Source: an uncultured Chloroflexia bacterium
GTDB taxonomy: Bacteria > Chloroflexota > Anaerolineae > CG2-30-64-16
Reading direction: 5' to 3'
Assembly (NCBI GenBank): GCA_963837925.1
Contig: CAWIPK010000006.1
Span: 1,003,962-1,067,961 of the forward strand
Length of the DNA stretch: 64,000 nt
How positions within the stretch are numbered: the stretch's first letter is position 1; each line of letters begins with the position of its first letter. The notes beneath the pieces were generated by a model. It did not search any database. It was not told the origin of the DNA and worked only from the letters and a program-made list of their open reading frames with translations. Below are positions 10,154-17,971 of the stretch, one piece after another. The position numbers and the translations under genes were made by a program.

Positions 10154-11122
10154 TCACCCGGACTTGTGCCTGTCGCCGTGCTCAGCTTCCCACTCCCGCG
10201 ACCACGCCACTGCCCGCCGAATGCCCTCTTGCAGCGGGGTGGTGGGGTTATAACCCAGCAGCGAATGGGCCTTGCCGATGTTGGCTACGTAGTGCGTCAC
10301 TTCTCCAACCCGCGATGGCTCGACGAGAATGTGTGGCCGGACCCCGAGTGCCTCGCCGATAAACTCCGCGGCTGCAATCAGCGTGTTGCCCTGCCCGTAT
10401 GCCAGGTTGATGGTGTGGTTCTCGCCGCGCCCGCTGAGGAGCAGGTCGATCCCCTGGCAAATGCCGCCGACGCAATCGTCCACGTAAGTGAAATCCAGCA
10501 CCTTTTCCTTGCCGAACACCGTGACCGGTTCGCCGCAGGCGATTTTGCGCATGAAAAGCGGCAGCACGCGTTCCATCCGCTCGATATCGTTGTCGTAGCG
10601 CCCGTAGACGTTGCTGAAGCGAAATACGAGGTAGCGTAAGCTGAAGCATTGGGCGTAGGAGTAAATCATGGCTTCTCCGGCAATCTTGCTCGCCGAATAG
10701 GGGCTCTCGGTGAAGCTGAAGTCGGCGTGGGACTCCTCCGTGATGTAGCGGTGAATATCGCCGTAGACCTCGCGCGAGCTGCTGAAGATGATCGGCAGAT
10801 GGTTGTGCCGGCAGAATTCCAGCACGTTGTAGGTTATGATCATATTGTCCAGCGCCCGGTCTGGGTGCTGGACCAGCTCGTGCACCTTGGCGTTGGCAGC
10901 CAGGTGTACGACCAGGTCGAGGTCGCGCGGGTACTGGACGGCGCCGATCCCTTTGTCGAAGTCCCGATAGGGCACACTCAGGTCCTGGAGCAAAGTCTGG
11001 ATGTCATCGGTCCAGGTATTGCAGCGCTTGTCAATCCCCACAACGAAATGCCCCTGGCTTTGGAGGGCGAGCGCGAGGTTGGTGCCAATTTGCCCGCTTG
11101 AACCCGTGATCAGAATCCGCAT
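10154..11122 (-). CDS. NAD-dependent epimerase/dehydratase (SDR family nucleotide-sugar enzyme)
   Basis: The translation starts MRILITGSSGQIGTNLALAL… (a GxxGxxG Rossmann motif) and has a YxxxK catalytic region (…YSASKIAGEAM…). Length is 322 aa. Confidence 0.85.
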   Translation of the reverse strand: MRILITGSSGQIGTNLALALQSQGHFVVGIDKRCNTWTDDIQTLLQDLSVPYRDFDKGIGAVQYPRDLDLVVHLAANAKVHELVQHPDRALDNMIITYNVLEFCRHNHLPIIFSSSREVYGDIHRYITEESHADFSFTESPYSASKIAGEAMIYSYAQCFSLRYLVFRFSNVYGRYDNDIERMERVLPLFMRKIACGEPVTVFGKEKVLDFTYVDDCVGGICQGIDLLLSGRGENHTINLAYGQGNTLIAAAEFIGEALGVRPHILVEPSRVGEVTHYVANIGKAHSLLGYNPTTPLQEGIRRAVAWSREWEAEHGDRHKSG

Positions 11123-11277
11123 TTTTCCCTTCTCCGTCTCCCCATCTCCGACTCTACATCAGCCATCGCGCGTCCGGCCGCAGCGAGAGCCGCCTCTGCC
11201 ATGGATCTGCCAGGCGCGAGAAGTGTCCGACGCCGGGAGCCGGAACGCTGTAGTCACGCGCTCAAAGCAGTGACGCT

Positions 11278-12123
11278 TCAGCGTTCCCCCTCGGCATAGC
11301 CGCGACACACCGGCTCCTCGGCCGGCGAGACATACAGGCAGGCCAGCGTCCATCCGCTCGCAAAGCGGGCCGTCACTACGCTTTGCTTCTCGAAGTTGGT
11401 AGCCGGACGTTGGATGCCGAACCAGTCTATGTTGCGGTCGGTCCAATCCAGCCGATAAGGTTCACCTGCATGCCGGCGGAAGTCGCCGACCTCTGCCGAT
11501 TGCAGGGCAGGGGGCAGGTGGCCGCCATCAGGCGCCTGCAGGGCCGACTCGAGCATGCCGTTTGCTTGGGCCAGGGTGGCACGCGCCTCGGGTCCGAGCA
11601 TCGAGAGGCCGCCGGCCATAGCCACGATGAGCAGCAATGAGAGCGGCCAGGGCGACCACGGGCCCGTTTGCCCCAGCTTATCGATCGCCCAGCGCAGCAC
11701 CCACATGGCAGGCACGTTCACCAGCACCACTGGCAGCAGAAACAGCAATGTGATCAGTGCTGTCGAGGCCGAGCCGATCGCGGGCACGCCTTGCAGGCCG
11801 AACACCATACGCAGCCCGAAGGCTAGGCCGCCGGCCAGACTGCTCAGAAGGACGCTGCGCGCGCTGCTGTCAGACCAGGCGGCCATCAACCCCAACGTCC
11901 CGCCCCCGAGGACGCTGAGCAGGATGTCGGCCGTACGCCCCAGTGGCGGCGCGAAGTAGGGGATGCCTGGCATCGCCACGCCATTGGCGACCTGGACCGC
12001 GCCTTCATACGCCAGCCCGAGAGCGCAGCCTAACAGGACGCCGGCCAGGCGCCGGGACCACGCGGCGGTTATGGCCGTCGTGAGCAGATAGGATCGGTCC
12101 CATTCAGCTGGCAACAAACCCAT
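11278..12123 (-). CDS. Hypothetical polytopic membrane protein with a C-terminal soluble domain
   Basis: 281 aa with four or five hydrophobic helices and no recognisable motif. It overlaps the upstream 2H-phosphoesterase gene by 20 nt, which suggests an operon. Confidence 0.45.
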   Translation of the reverse strand: MGLLPAEWDRSYLLTTAITAAWSRRLAGVLLGCALGLAYEGAVQVANGVAMPGIPYFAPPLGRTADILLSVLGGGTLGLMAAWSDSSARSVLLSSLAGGLAFGLRMVFGLQGVPAIGSASTALITLLFLLPVVLVNVPAMWVLRWAIDKLGQTGPWSPWPLSLLLIVAMAGGLSMLGPEARATLAQANGMLESALQAPDGGHLPPALQSAEVGDFRRHAGEPYRLDWTDRNIDWFGIQRPATNFEKQSVVTARFASGWTLACLYVSPAEEPVCRGYAEGER

Positions 12124-12685
12124 CCTCGTCGGCGACTCTCACGCGGGCAGCGCGCCGCCAGGTCGGATCATCCGCTCCGCGCTGCATCAGCCAGACCTCG
12201 GCGATCGGCACGACCTCCACTCCGGCCTGCCATTCGCTCGCTTGCAGTCCGGCCAGTGCAGCCTGAGCCCGGCCGGCATTCAGGCGCATGGCAAGCGTCA
12301 GATGAGGCACGAATCGGGCATGCCGATCGGGACCGAGCGCCTCCAGCAGCACTGCACGCGCCGCCTGCAATTCCGGGGTCAACCCGACGCCGAGGTAAAT
12401 CACCGGGCGGTCGAACGGAGGAAAAGTATGCACCCCGCCCAGCAGCAGGGAAAAGGCCCGCAGGCGTCCCCGCAGCGCCTGCAGCCTTTCGACCAGGCTG
12501 TCGGTCTCGTTCTTCGGCTCGGGTAGCTCACTGCACCGGTACGTCCCCGCCAGCGTCACGTGAGGCGGCGTGATCTGAGCAGTTCGAGGATCCAGGCGTT
12601 CACGAAGCGCCTGGAGGCGCATGGCCGTCTCGCCTTGGGGAAATGCGCCCACGAAGAGCCGGTAGTCGTCGTTCGTGTGGCTCAC
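12104..12685 (-). CDS. 2H phosphoesterase / 2'-5' RNA ligase family protein (LigT/ThpR-like)
   Basis: Two H-x-T/S-x motifs are correctly spaced (…PPHVTLAGTY… and …VPHLTLAMRL…). Length is 193 aa. Confidence 0.75.
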   Translation of the reverse strand: MSHTNDDYRLFVGAFPQGETAMRLQALRERLDPRTAQITPPHVTLAGTYRCSELPEPKNETDSLVERLQALRGRLRAFSLLLGGVHTFPPFDRPVIYLGVGLTPELQAARAVLLEALGPDRHARFVPHLTLAMRLNAGRAQAALAGLQASEWQAGVEVVPIAEVWLMQRGADDPTWRRAARVRVADEDGFVAS

Positions 12686-14079
12686 TTGAGGATGTAGTAG
12701 GTGGCCTTGCGGTCCCCTACCTTCATGATCAAGCCCTGGTCCACCAGATCGGCCAGGTCGCGCCGGATCGTCTCATCGCTCACCTCCGGGACCAACTCGT
12801 GGAATTCTCGGTTGGTGATGCGCCCGTGCTGCGCCAGGTAGGCGAGGGCATGTTCTTGACGCGTGCTCAGGACCCGGTTTCCCCAGCGCGGCGCGGGCTC
12901 GCCGCTCACGATCTCCTCACCGCGCCCCGCGAGGGTCACCCGAAAACCCGCGACCGTCTCCTCAAAGAGCGGAGCGGGAAGCCCTGCTTCGGCCATGGTC
13001 GCCACCATCCGGTCGATGCCGTAGCCCAGTTGCTCAACAAAGCCCATATCGGATAGCACTTGCACGATCGCTTCGTTGCGAGAGAAACGTTCGCTGACCA
13101 GGTTGGCCAGGGTAACGTGCCCGGGCAGGCGCCCCGGACTGTAGATCTCCATGTGGTCGCTGAACATCAGCACCCGGATCCCCTCACCCCGTATAGCGTA
13201 ATCGCGATGGGCGATCGCATTGACGATCGCCTCGCGCACGACGGGCATGGGGTACTCAGTGGTTTCCTCGCGCGTCAGGCCCCGCAGCCGCATTCCCCGG
13301 CGCATGTTTGCCGCTACGAAGGCCTCGGACTGGCGGATCTGCCCGGGCAGCGTCCCCGCGGCCTCCTGGCGCAGGAACTCGTCGCCCATCTGCCGCCCGG
13401 CATAGCGCACCAGGATCACCCGCGCGTGCTGCAGGAACCTTTGAGGCTGGCGCCCGAACAGCAAGATGCCGGCGTAGGTGGGCGCAGGGGCATCTGCGGA
13501 CGGGACCAGGCAACCGCGCGCGACCAGGGCCTTCTGCCACTCGACGCCGGCCAGCCCGTCCACACTTTGCAGGTAGCTCTCGATTTGGTCCGGGTTCAGG
13601 TCATCCGCCGACGCTGCCGGGACGGCACGCGCTTCAAAACCGGCTTCGCTGCGCTGCAGCAGCAAGCTGCTCAGCTCGGTCGTCGTCAAAAGCCGGTTGT
13701 GTGTGCCCGCGCGCGTCAGATAACGCCCGTTCAGCGCATAGGCGTGCGGCAAGCCCGGTGGCACCTGGACCACGCAGACTGCGTTGTCATGCAGCTGCAC
13801 CACCTCGGGCATGGGCAGGATCAACGGCGGGGAAGCCTGCAGCTCGGCTTCTTGCACAGTTGCCTGCTCATGATCGGCATCTTCGATCCCCAGCACGCGC
13901 CCGCTCGGCGATACGCCGATCAGCACGTTCCCGCCGTGGCTGTTGGCCAGCGCCGCCAGGGTCTCGGCCAGCTTTGCCGGGCCCACCTGCGCCGGAAGGA
14001 AGGCGAGCCGGTCGCCGGCGCCGCTGGCGAGCAAGGCTGCCAGGCCGGCCGGGGAAAGGCGAAGACGGGATATGTACAT
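12682..14079 (-). CDS. AlbA_2 (Schlafen-like) + HATPase_c_4 + C-terminal wHTH putative regulator (the family often mislabelled RecG-like)
   Basis: The N-terminus has the AlbA_2 core (…ALANSHGGNVLIGVSPSGRVLGIED…). The central region is HATPase_c_4-like. The C-terminal wHTH reads …LSTRQEHALAYLAQHGRITNREFHELVPEVSDETIRRDLADLVDQGLIMKVG… There is a 4-nt overlap with the ligT-like gene. Confidence 0.7.
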   Translation of the reverse strand: MYISRLRLSPAGLAALLASGAGDRLAFLPAQVGPAKLAETLAALANSHGGNVLIGVSPSGRVLGIEDADHEQATVQEAELQASPPLILPMPEVVQLHDNAVCVVQVPPGLPHAYALNGRYLTRAGTHNRLLTTTELSSLLLQRSEAGFEARAVPAASADDLNPDQIESYLQSVDGLAGVEWQKALVARGCLVPSADAPAPTYAGILLFGRQPQRFLQHARVILVRYAGRQMGDEFLRQEAAGTLPGQIRQSEAFVAANMRRGMRLRGLTREETTEYPMPVVREAIVNAIAHRDYAIRGEGIRVLMFSDHMEIYSPGRLPGHVTLANLVSERFSRNEAIVQVLSDMGFVEQLGYGIDRMVATMAEAGLPAPLFEETVAGFRVTLAGRGEEIVSGEPAPRWGNRVLSTRQEHALAYLAQHGRITNREFHELVPEVSDETIRRDLADLVDQGLIMKVGDRKATYYILK

Positions 14080-14100
14080 GAGGCTGCAGCTACCTGCCGG

Positions 14101-15294
14101 TTAGCGGAGGGTGACGCGGTCGATGCGCCAGTGTATATCGGCGGACTTGAGCCCGTTAGTCAAGCTGACTACCTCCCAGGCCAGTGTGTGCGTGCTTCCG
14201 TTCAGCACCACCGTCGTCGTGATTGGCACCCGAGCTTCGTTCCAGACCCAGGCCTGGTTCGTCAGCGTGTCACTGATCACGCTGCCGGCGCCCGGATAGC
14301 TGCTCAGGGTGGCCGGGTTTTCAACTGAGAGGATGCGCACTTTGTTCCGCTGAGGGTTCATGAGATCCTTCAGCGCGCCGGGAAGGCTGTCGCCGGCTGC
14401 CTGGGTCAAGAAACTATCCCCGGTCGGCGTAACATTGTCGCCGCCGTCGTTGGGGTTGCCGCCGCGTAGGACCGCCACGACCGCGCCCTCGGGATAAGCT
14501 GGGTCGACGGGCAGGTCGAAACAGAAGCCGATGGTAGCCTGGGTCGGGTCCTCGACGAAGTTGAGCGTGTTCGTCGCCGTCCGGCCGTAATAATGCTGCT
14601 CGCAGAGTTGGCTGCGGTCGTCCAGCCGATCGTAGGTGCGGATCGCGGTCAGGGGACGCGAAGCGCTCGGATCGGGCTCCACCTGGACGCGGGCATTGCC
14701 GACAAAGTGGCGCCCGAGGAAGCCCGCATCTTGACCTCCCCAGCGGAACACCGACACGCGGGTGGGGAACGGGCCACTGCTATAGCCAAAAACGGCGATC
14801 TCGGTGACCGAGCACTGAGTGAGATTGGACTGGTAGGCCGGCCAGAAGCCGACCTTCACTTCTGATTCTCCCAGAAAGCCTTGCCCCTTGCCGGGAAAAA
14901 TGTCGGGCAAGAGCCTGTAGGGGTAGAGAGAAGCCGGGCGGAACGGGCTGGCGTTGCCCGGGTTCTGGCGCACCCGGCCCGCCTCGAGGTCGTAAACTGC
15001 CCCGCCGATTGCCCCGGCCGCGACGGGCTTGTCGGGCGCGAAAGCCGGGCTCGGGTTGGTCTGATCGTAGCGATAGAACACCAGCCACTCCGGCTGTCCA
15101 TCGCCGTCATAATCGCAGGGGTAGAACTGTTTGGGCAGCACCGTCCAACGCGAAGGGATGAGTGCCTTGAGGTCAACGGGCAAAGTGACATCCGCCTGCC
15201 CGGCGGTTACGCCCGACACTGTCTGTCCCGAGAAGTAGAAGTAAGCCACCGCCATGGCTGCCAGGATCAGGACGGCCACTAACAGATTCCGCAT
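14101..15294 (-). CDS. N-terminally membrane-anchored extracytoplasmic hypothetical protein
   Basis: The ATG at 15294 (MRNLLVAVLILAAMAVAYFYF…) lies 20 nt after the lon stop. One TM helix is followed by a roughly 370-aa Gly/Pro-rich domain with a DYDGDGQPE calcium-site-like motif. The 5' extension in the track would overlap lon and is rejected. Confidence 0.5.
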   Translation of the reverse strand: MRNLLVAVLILAAMAVAYFYFSGQTVSGVTAGQADVTLPVDLKALIPSRWTVLPKQFYPCDYDGDGQPEWLVFYRYDQTNPSPAFAPDKPVAAGAIGGAVYDLEAGRVRQNPGNASPFRPASLYPYRLLPDIFPGKGQGFLGESEVKVGFWPAYQSNLTQCSVTEIAVFGYSSGPFPTRVSVFRWGGQDAGFLGRHFVGNARVQVEPDPSASRPLTAIRTYDRLDDRSQLCEQHYYGRTATNTLNFVEDPTQATIGFCFDLPVDPAYPEGAVVAVLRGGNPNDGGDNVTPTGDSFLTQAAGDSLPGALKDLMNPQRNKVRILSVENPATLSSYPGAGSVISDTLTNQAWVWNEARVPITTTVVLNGSTHTLAWEVVSLTNGLKSADIHWRIDRVTLR

Positions 15295-15316
15295 GCTGCT
15301 TCCGATGCTTTCCCCG

Positions 15317-17872
15317 CTATTGAGCAGCCTGCCCGTTCTCGATTGGCGTAGCAGGCTCGGGTTGCGAGGCGGGCAGCGGCTTGCGCTTGGAGCGCGTGCG
15401 CTTTGGTTTGGCGGCAACAGCCACGGTCCTGGGCAGCAGCGCGAGCGAGAGAATCTCGTCCATGCGGTCGACCAGGACTAGCTTCAGGTCGTGCCGGATC
15501 TTGCCCGGCACGTCGACCAGGTCCCGCTGATTGCGACGGGGCAGCAGCACGGTCTTCAGGCGTGCCCGGTGCGCCGCGACCACTTTCTCTTTGAGGCCAC
15601 CGATTGGCAGCACCCGCCCACGCAACGTTATCTCGCCGGTCATGGCCAGGTCGTGGCGCAGCGGCCGTTCGCTCAAGGCCGAGATGAGAGCGGCGGCCAT
15701 GGTCACCCCCGCACTGGGACCATCCTTCGGGATGGCTCCTTCGGGCACGTGGATGTGCAGGTCCACCTTGTCGAAGTCTACATCGCCCAACTCGAACTCG
15801 CCGGCATGCGCACGGGCATAGGTCAGCGCGGCCTGCGCCGACTCCTGCATAACCTCCCCCAGTTGCCCCGTTAGCGTCAGGCTGCCTTTACCCAGCATCA
15901 CGGAGACTTCCACCTGCATGACATCGCCGCCGCCTTCGGTCCAGGCCAGGCCGTTCGCGACGCCGATCTGGTCCACCTCTTCCGTGAGCCACTCGGTGAA
16001 TTCAGGCGGCCCCAGGTACTTGTCCATCATGCTCGGCTGGATTCGGCGCGGGATCGACTTGCCCTCGGCCAGGCGTCGGGCGAGCTTGCGGCAGATGTTG
16101 GCGATCGAGCGTTCAAGATTGCGCACTCCGGCTTCATAGGTGTACTCGCGCATCATCGTTCGCAGCGCAGCCGAGGTGAAGGTCACCTGTTCTGGCTTGA
16201 GACCATGCGCCTCCAGTTGGCGCGGCACCAGGAACTTTTGCGCAATAGCCAGTTTTTCGTCCTCGATGTAGCCGGGGAAGTCGATCACTTCCATTCGATC
16301 GCGCAGGGCCGGCGGGATCGGATCCAAGATGTTCGCCGTGGTGATGAACATGACCTTGCTCAGGTCATAGGGCACTTCGAGGTAATGATCGCTGAAGGCG
16401 TGGTTCTGCTCGGGGTCGAGCACTTCCAGCAGGGCCGAGGAAGGGTCGCCGCGGAAGTCGGCGCCCAATTTATCGATCTCGTCGAGCATGAAGAGCGGAT
16501 TGATGGTTCCGGCGTTGTGCATCGTCTGGATGATCCGGCCGGGCAGCGATCCGATGTAGGTCCGGCGATGGCCGCGGATTTCTGCCTCGTCGCGCACGCC
16601 TCCCAGACTCACGCGCACAAACTTGCGCCCAAGCGCGTCGGCGATGGACTTACCAAGGCTGGTCTTGCCGGTCCCGGGCGGGCCGACGAAACACAGGATC
16701 GGGCTTTTCATCTTGTCGGGCGCCAGCTTGCGCACGGCCATGTGCTCCAGGATGCGTTCCTTGATCCTCGGTAGCCCGTAGTGGTTTTGTTCCAGCATCT
16801 CGGCCGCGCGCGGGATGTCGAGATTGTCTTCGGTTGCCTTCGACCAGGGCAAGCCCAGCAGCCAGTCGAGATAGTTGTGGACGACATTTACCTCCGGCGA
16901 CGCTTGTGGCATCGCCGCCAGCCGGTTGATCTCCTTCTCGGCCTTGGACTTTACCTCAGCCGACATCCCGGCGGCCAGGACTTTTTCCCGCAGGTCGGCG
17001 AGGTCACGGATCGCATCGTCCGTCTCGCCAAGCTCGCCCTGGATGATCCGCATCTGCTCGCGCAGGAAGTATTCGCGTTGTGACTTGTCTACCTCTTGCT
17101 GCACCTGATTCTGGATCTGGTCTTCCAGTTCCAGAACGTCCAGCTCCTGGCCCAGAAGGATGCTCAGGCGCTGCAGCCGGACTCCCGCATCGAGCAGCTC
17201 CAGCATTTCCTGCCGCTGCGCCAGCTCGATGTCCAGGACGTGCGCGATGAGGTCGGCCAGGCCCCCGGGTTCCTTTTCGTTCATGGCCGCCACATAAGCG
17301 TCTTCAGGCAGGTTTGGGTTCAGGTCGACGACTTTCTCGAACAGCGCCAGGACGGCCCGCATCAACGCTTCGCCGGCCATGTCATGGCGTTCATCTTCGT
17401 GCAGCGGCACACCCCTCACCCGCAGGTAAGGCTCGCTGCTGATCTTTTCGATTATCCGCACACGCTCGATGCCCTGCACGAGCAAGGTGGTGCTGCCATC
17501 GGGCATGTGGAGCACGCGCCCGATTTCGACCGCCGTGGCTACACTGTACAGGTCAGACAGGTCAGGGTCCAGCACTTCAGGGTCGCGCTGCGCGACTACC
17601 AGCAGCGGCGCGTCCATCGCCTCGGCGGCTTCTACGGCACGGATCGAGCGATCGCGTCCGATAAACAAGGGTGACACCAGGCTGGGGAAGACGACCGTGT
17701 CGCGCAGCGGCAAGACCGGGTATTCGTTCCCCTCCAGGCTTTCTATCTCGACGGGAACGTGCTGCCGGCGCGCGCTGCCCTTACGGTTGCGAGCGCCGTC
17801 GCGCGCGAAAAGATTGAGCATGGACAACTGAGTGTCCATTTTTGTGGCTTGCTCACGACGCAGATGGGCCAA
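15317..17872 (-). CDS. lon: ATP-dependent Lon protease
   Basis: 851 aa with a Lon N-domain, an AAA+ Walker A ([11 protein letters not shown]), a sensor/arginine finger and a C-terminal protease domain with the catalytic S/K region (…[17 protein letters not shown]…). The track start at 17872 is TTG, 4 nt after GGAGG. An alternative ATG lies at 17839. Confidence 0.95.
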   Translation of the reverse strand: MAHLRREQATKMDTQLSMLNLFARDGARNRKGSARRQHVPVEIESLEGNEYPVLPLRDTVVFPSLVSPLFIGRDRSIRAVEAAEAMDAPLLVVAQRDPEVLDPDLSDLYSVATAVEIGRVLHMPDGSTTLLVQGIERVRIIEKISSEPYLRVRGVPLHEDERHDMAGEALMRAVLALFEKVVDLNPNLPEDAYVAAMNEKEPGGLADLIAHVLDIELAQRQEMLELLDAGVRLQRLSILLGQELDVLELEDQIQNQVQQEVDKSQREYFLREQMRIIQGELGETDDAIRDLADLREKVLAAGMSAEVKSKAEKEINRLAAMPQASPEVNVVHNYLDWLLGLPWSKATEDNLDIPRAAEMLEQNHYGLPRIKERILEHMAVRKLAPDKMKSPILCFVGPPGTGKTSLGKSIADALGRKFVRVSLGGVRDEAEIRGHRRTYIGSLPGRIIQTMHNAGTINPLFMLDEIDKLGADFRGDPSSALLEVLDPEQNHAFSDHYLEVPYDLSKVMFITTANILDPIPPALRDRMEVIDFPGYIEDEKLAIAQKFLVPRQLEAHGLKPEQVTFTSAALRTMMREYTYEAGVRNLERSIANICRKLARRLAEGKSIPRRIQPSMMDKYLGPPEFTEWLTEEVDQIGVANGLAWTEGGGDVMQVEVSVMLGKGSLTLTGQLGEVMQESAQAALTYARAHAGEFELGDVDFDKVDLHIHVPEGAIPKDGPSAGVTMAAALISALSERPLRHDLAMTGEITLRGRVLPIGGLKEKVVAAHRARLKTVLLPRRNQRDLVDVPGKIRHDLKLVLVDRMDEILSLALLPRTVAVAAKPKRTRSKRKPLPASQPEPATPIENGQAAQ

Positions 17873-17934
17873 ATCTCCTCCAGACTGCCTGAAAATCGCT
17901 CATTAGTGTATTACAGGTCTGTGTAAATATCAAC

Positions 17935-17964
17935 TTGTCAAAAGTGTTCTGGCGGTGGCATAAT
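17935..17964 (+). promoter_or_regulatory. Sigma70-like promoter, TTGTCA -18- CATAAT, ending 7 nt before the ATG of the 17972 gene (leaderless transcript likely)
   Basis: Read directly in an AT-rich divergent intergenic region between lon and the 17972 gene. The spacing of -10 to ATG implies a leaderless mRNA. Confidence 0.4.
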
Positions 17965-17971
17965 CCCAAAG

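Noticed and set aside
13060-14328. 422-aa plus-strand ORF, plus many other 60-250-aa reverse-frame ORFs throughout the track
   Set aside because: These are shadow ORFs opposite well-supported genes in about 67% GC DNA. None has a recognisable motif or a plausible RBS.
17873-17971. Possible CIRCE/HrcA heat-shock operator upstream of lon
   Set aside because: No TTAGCACTC-N9-GAGTGCTAA-like inverted repeat is present. The region is only AT-rich with sigma70-like hexamers.
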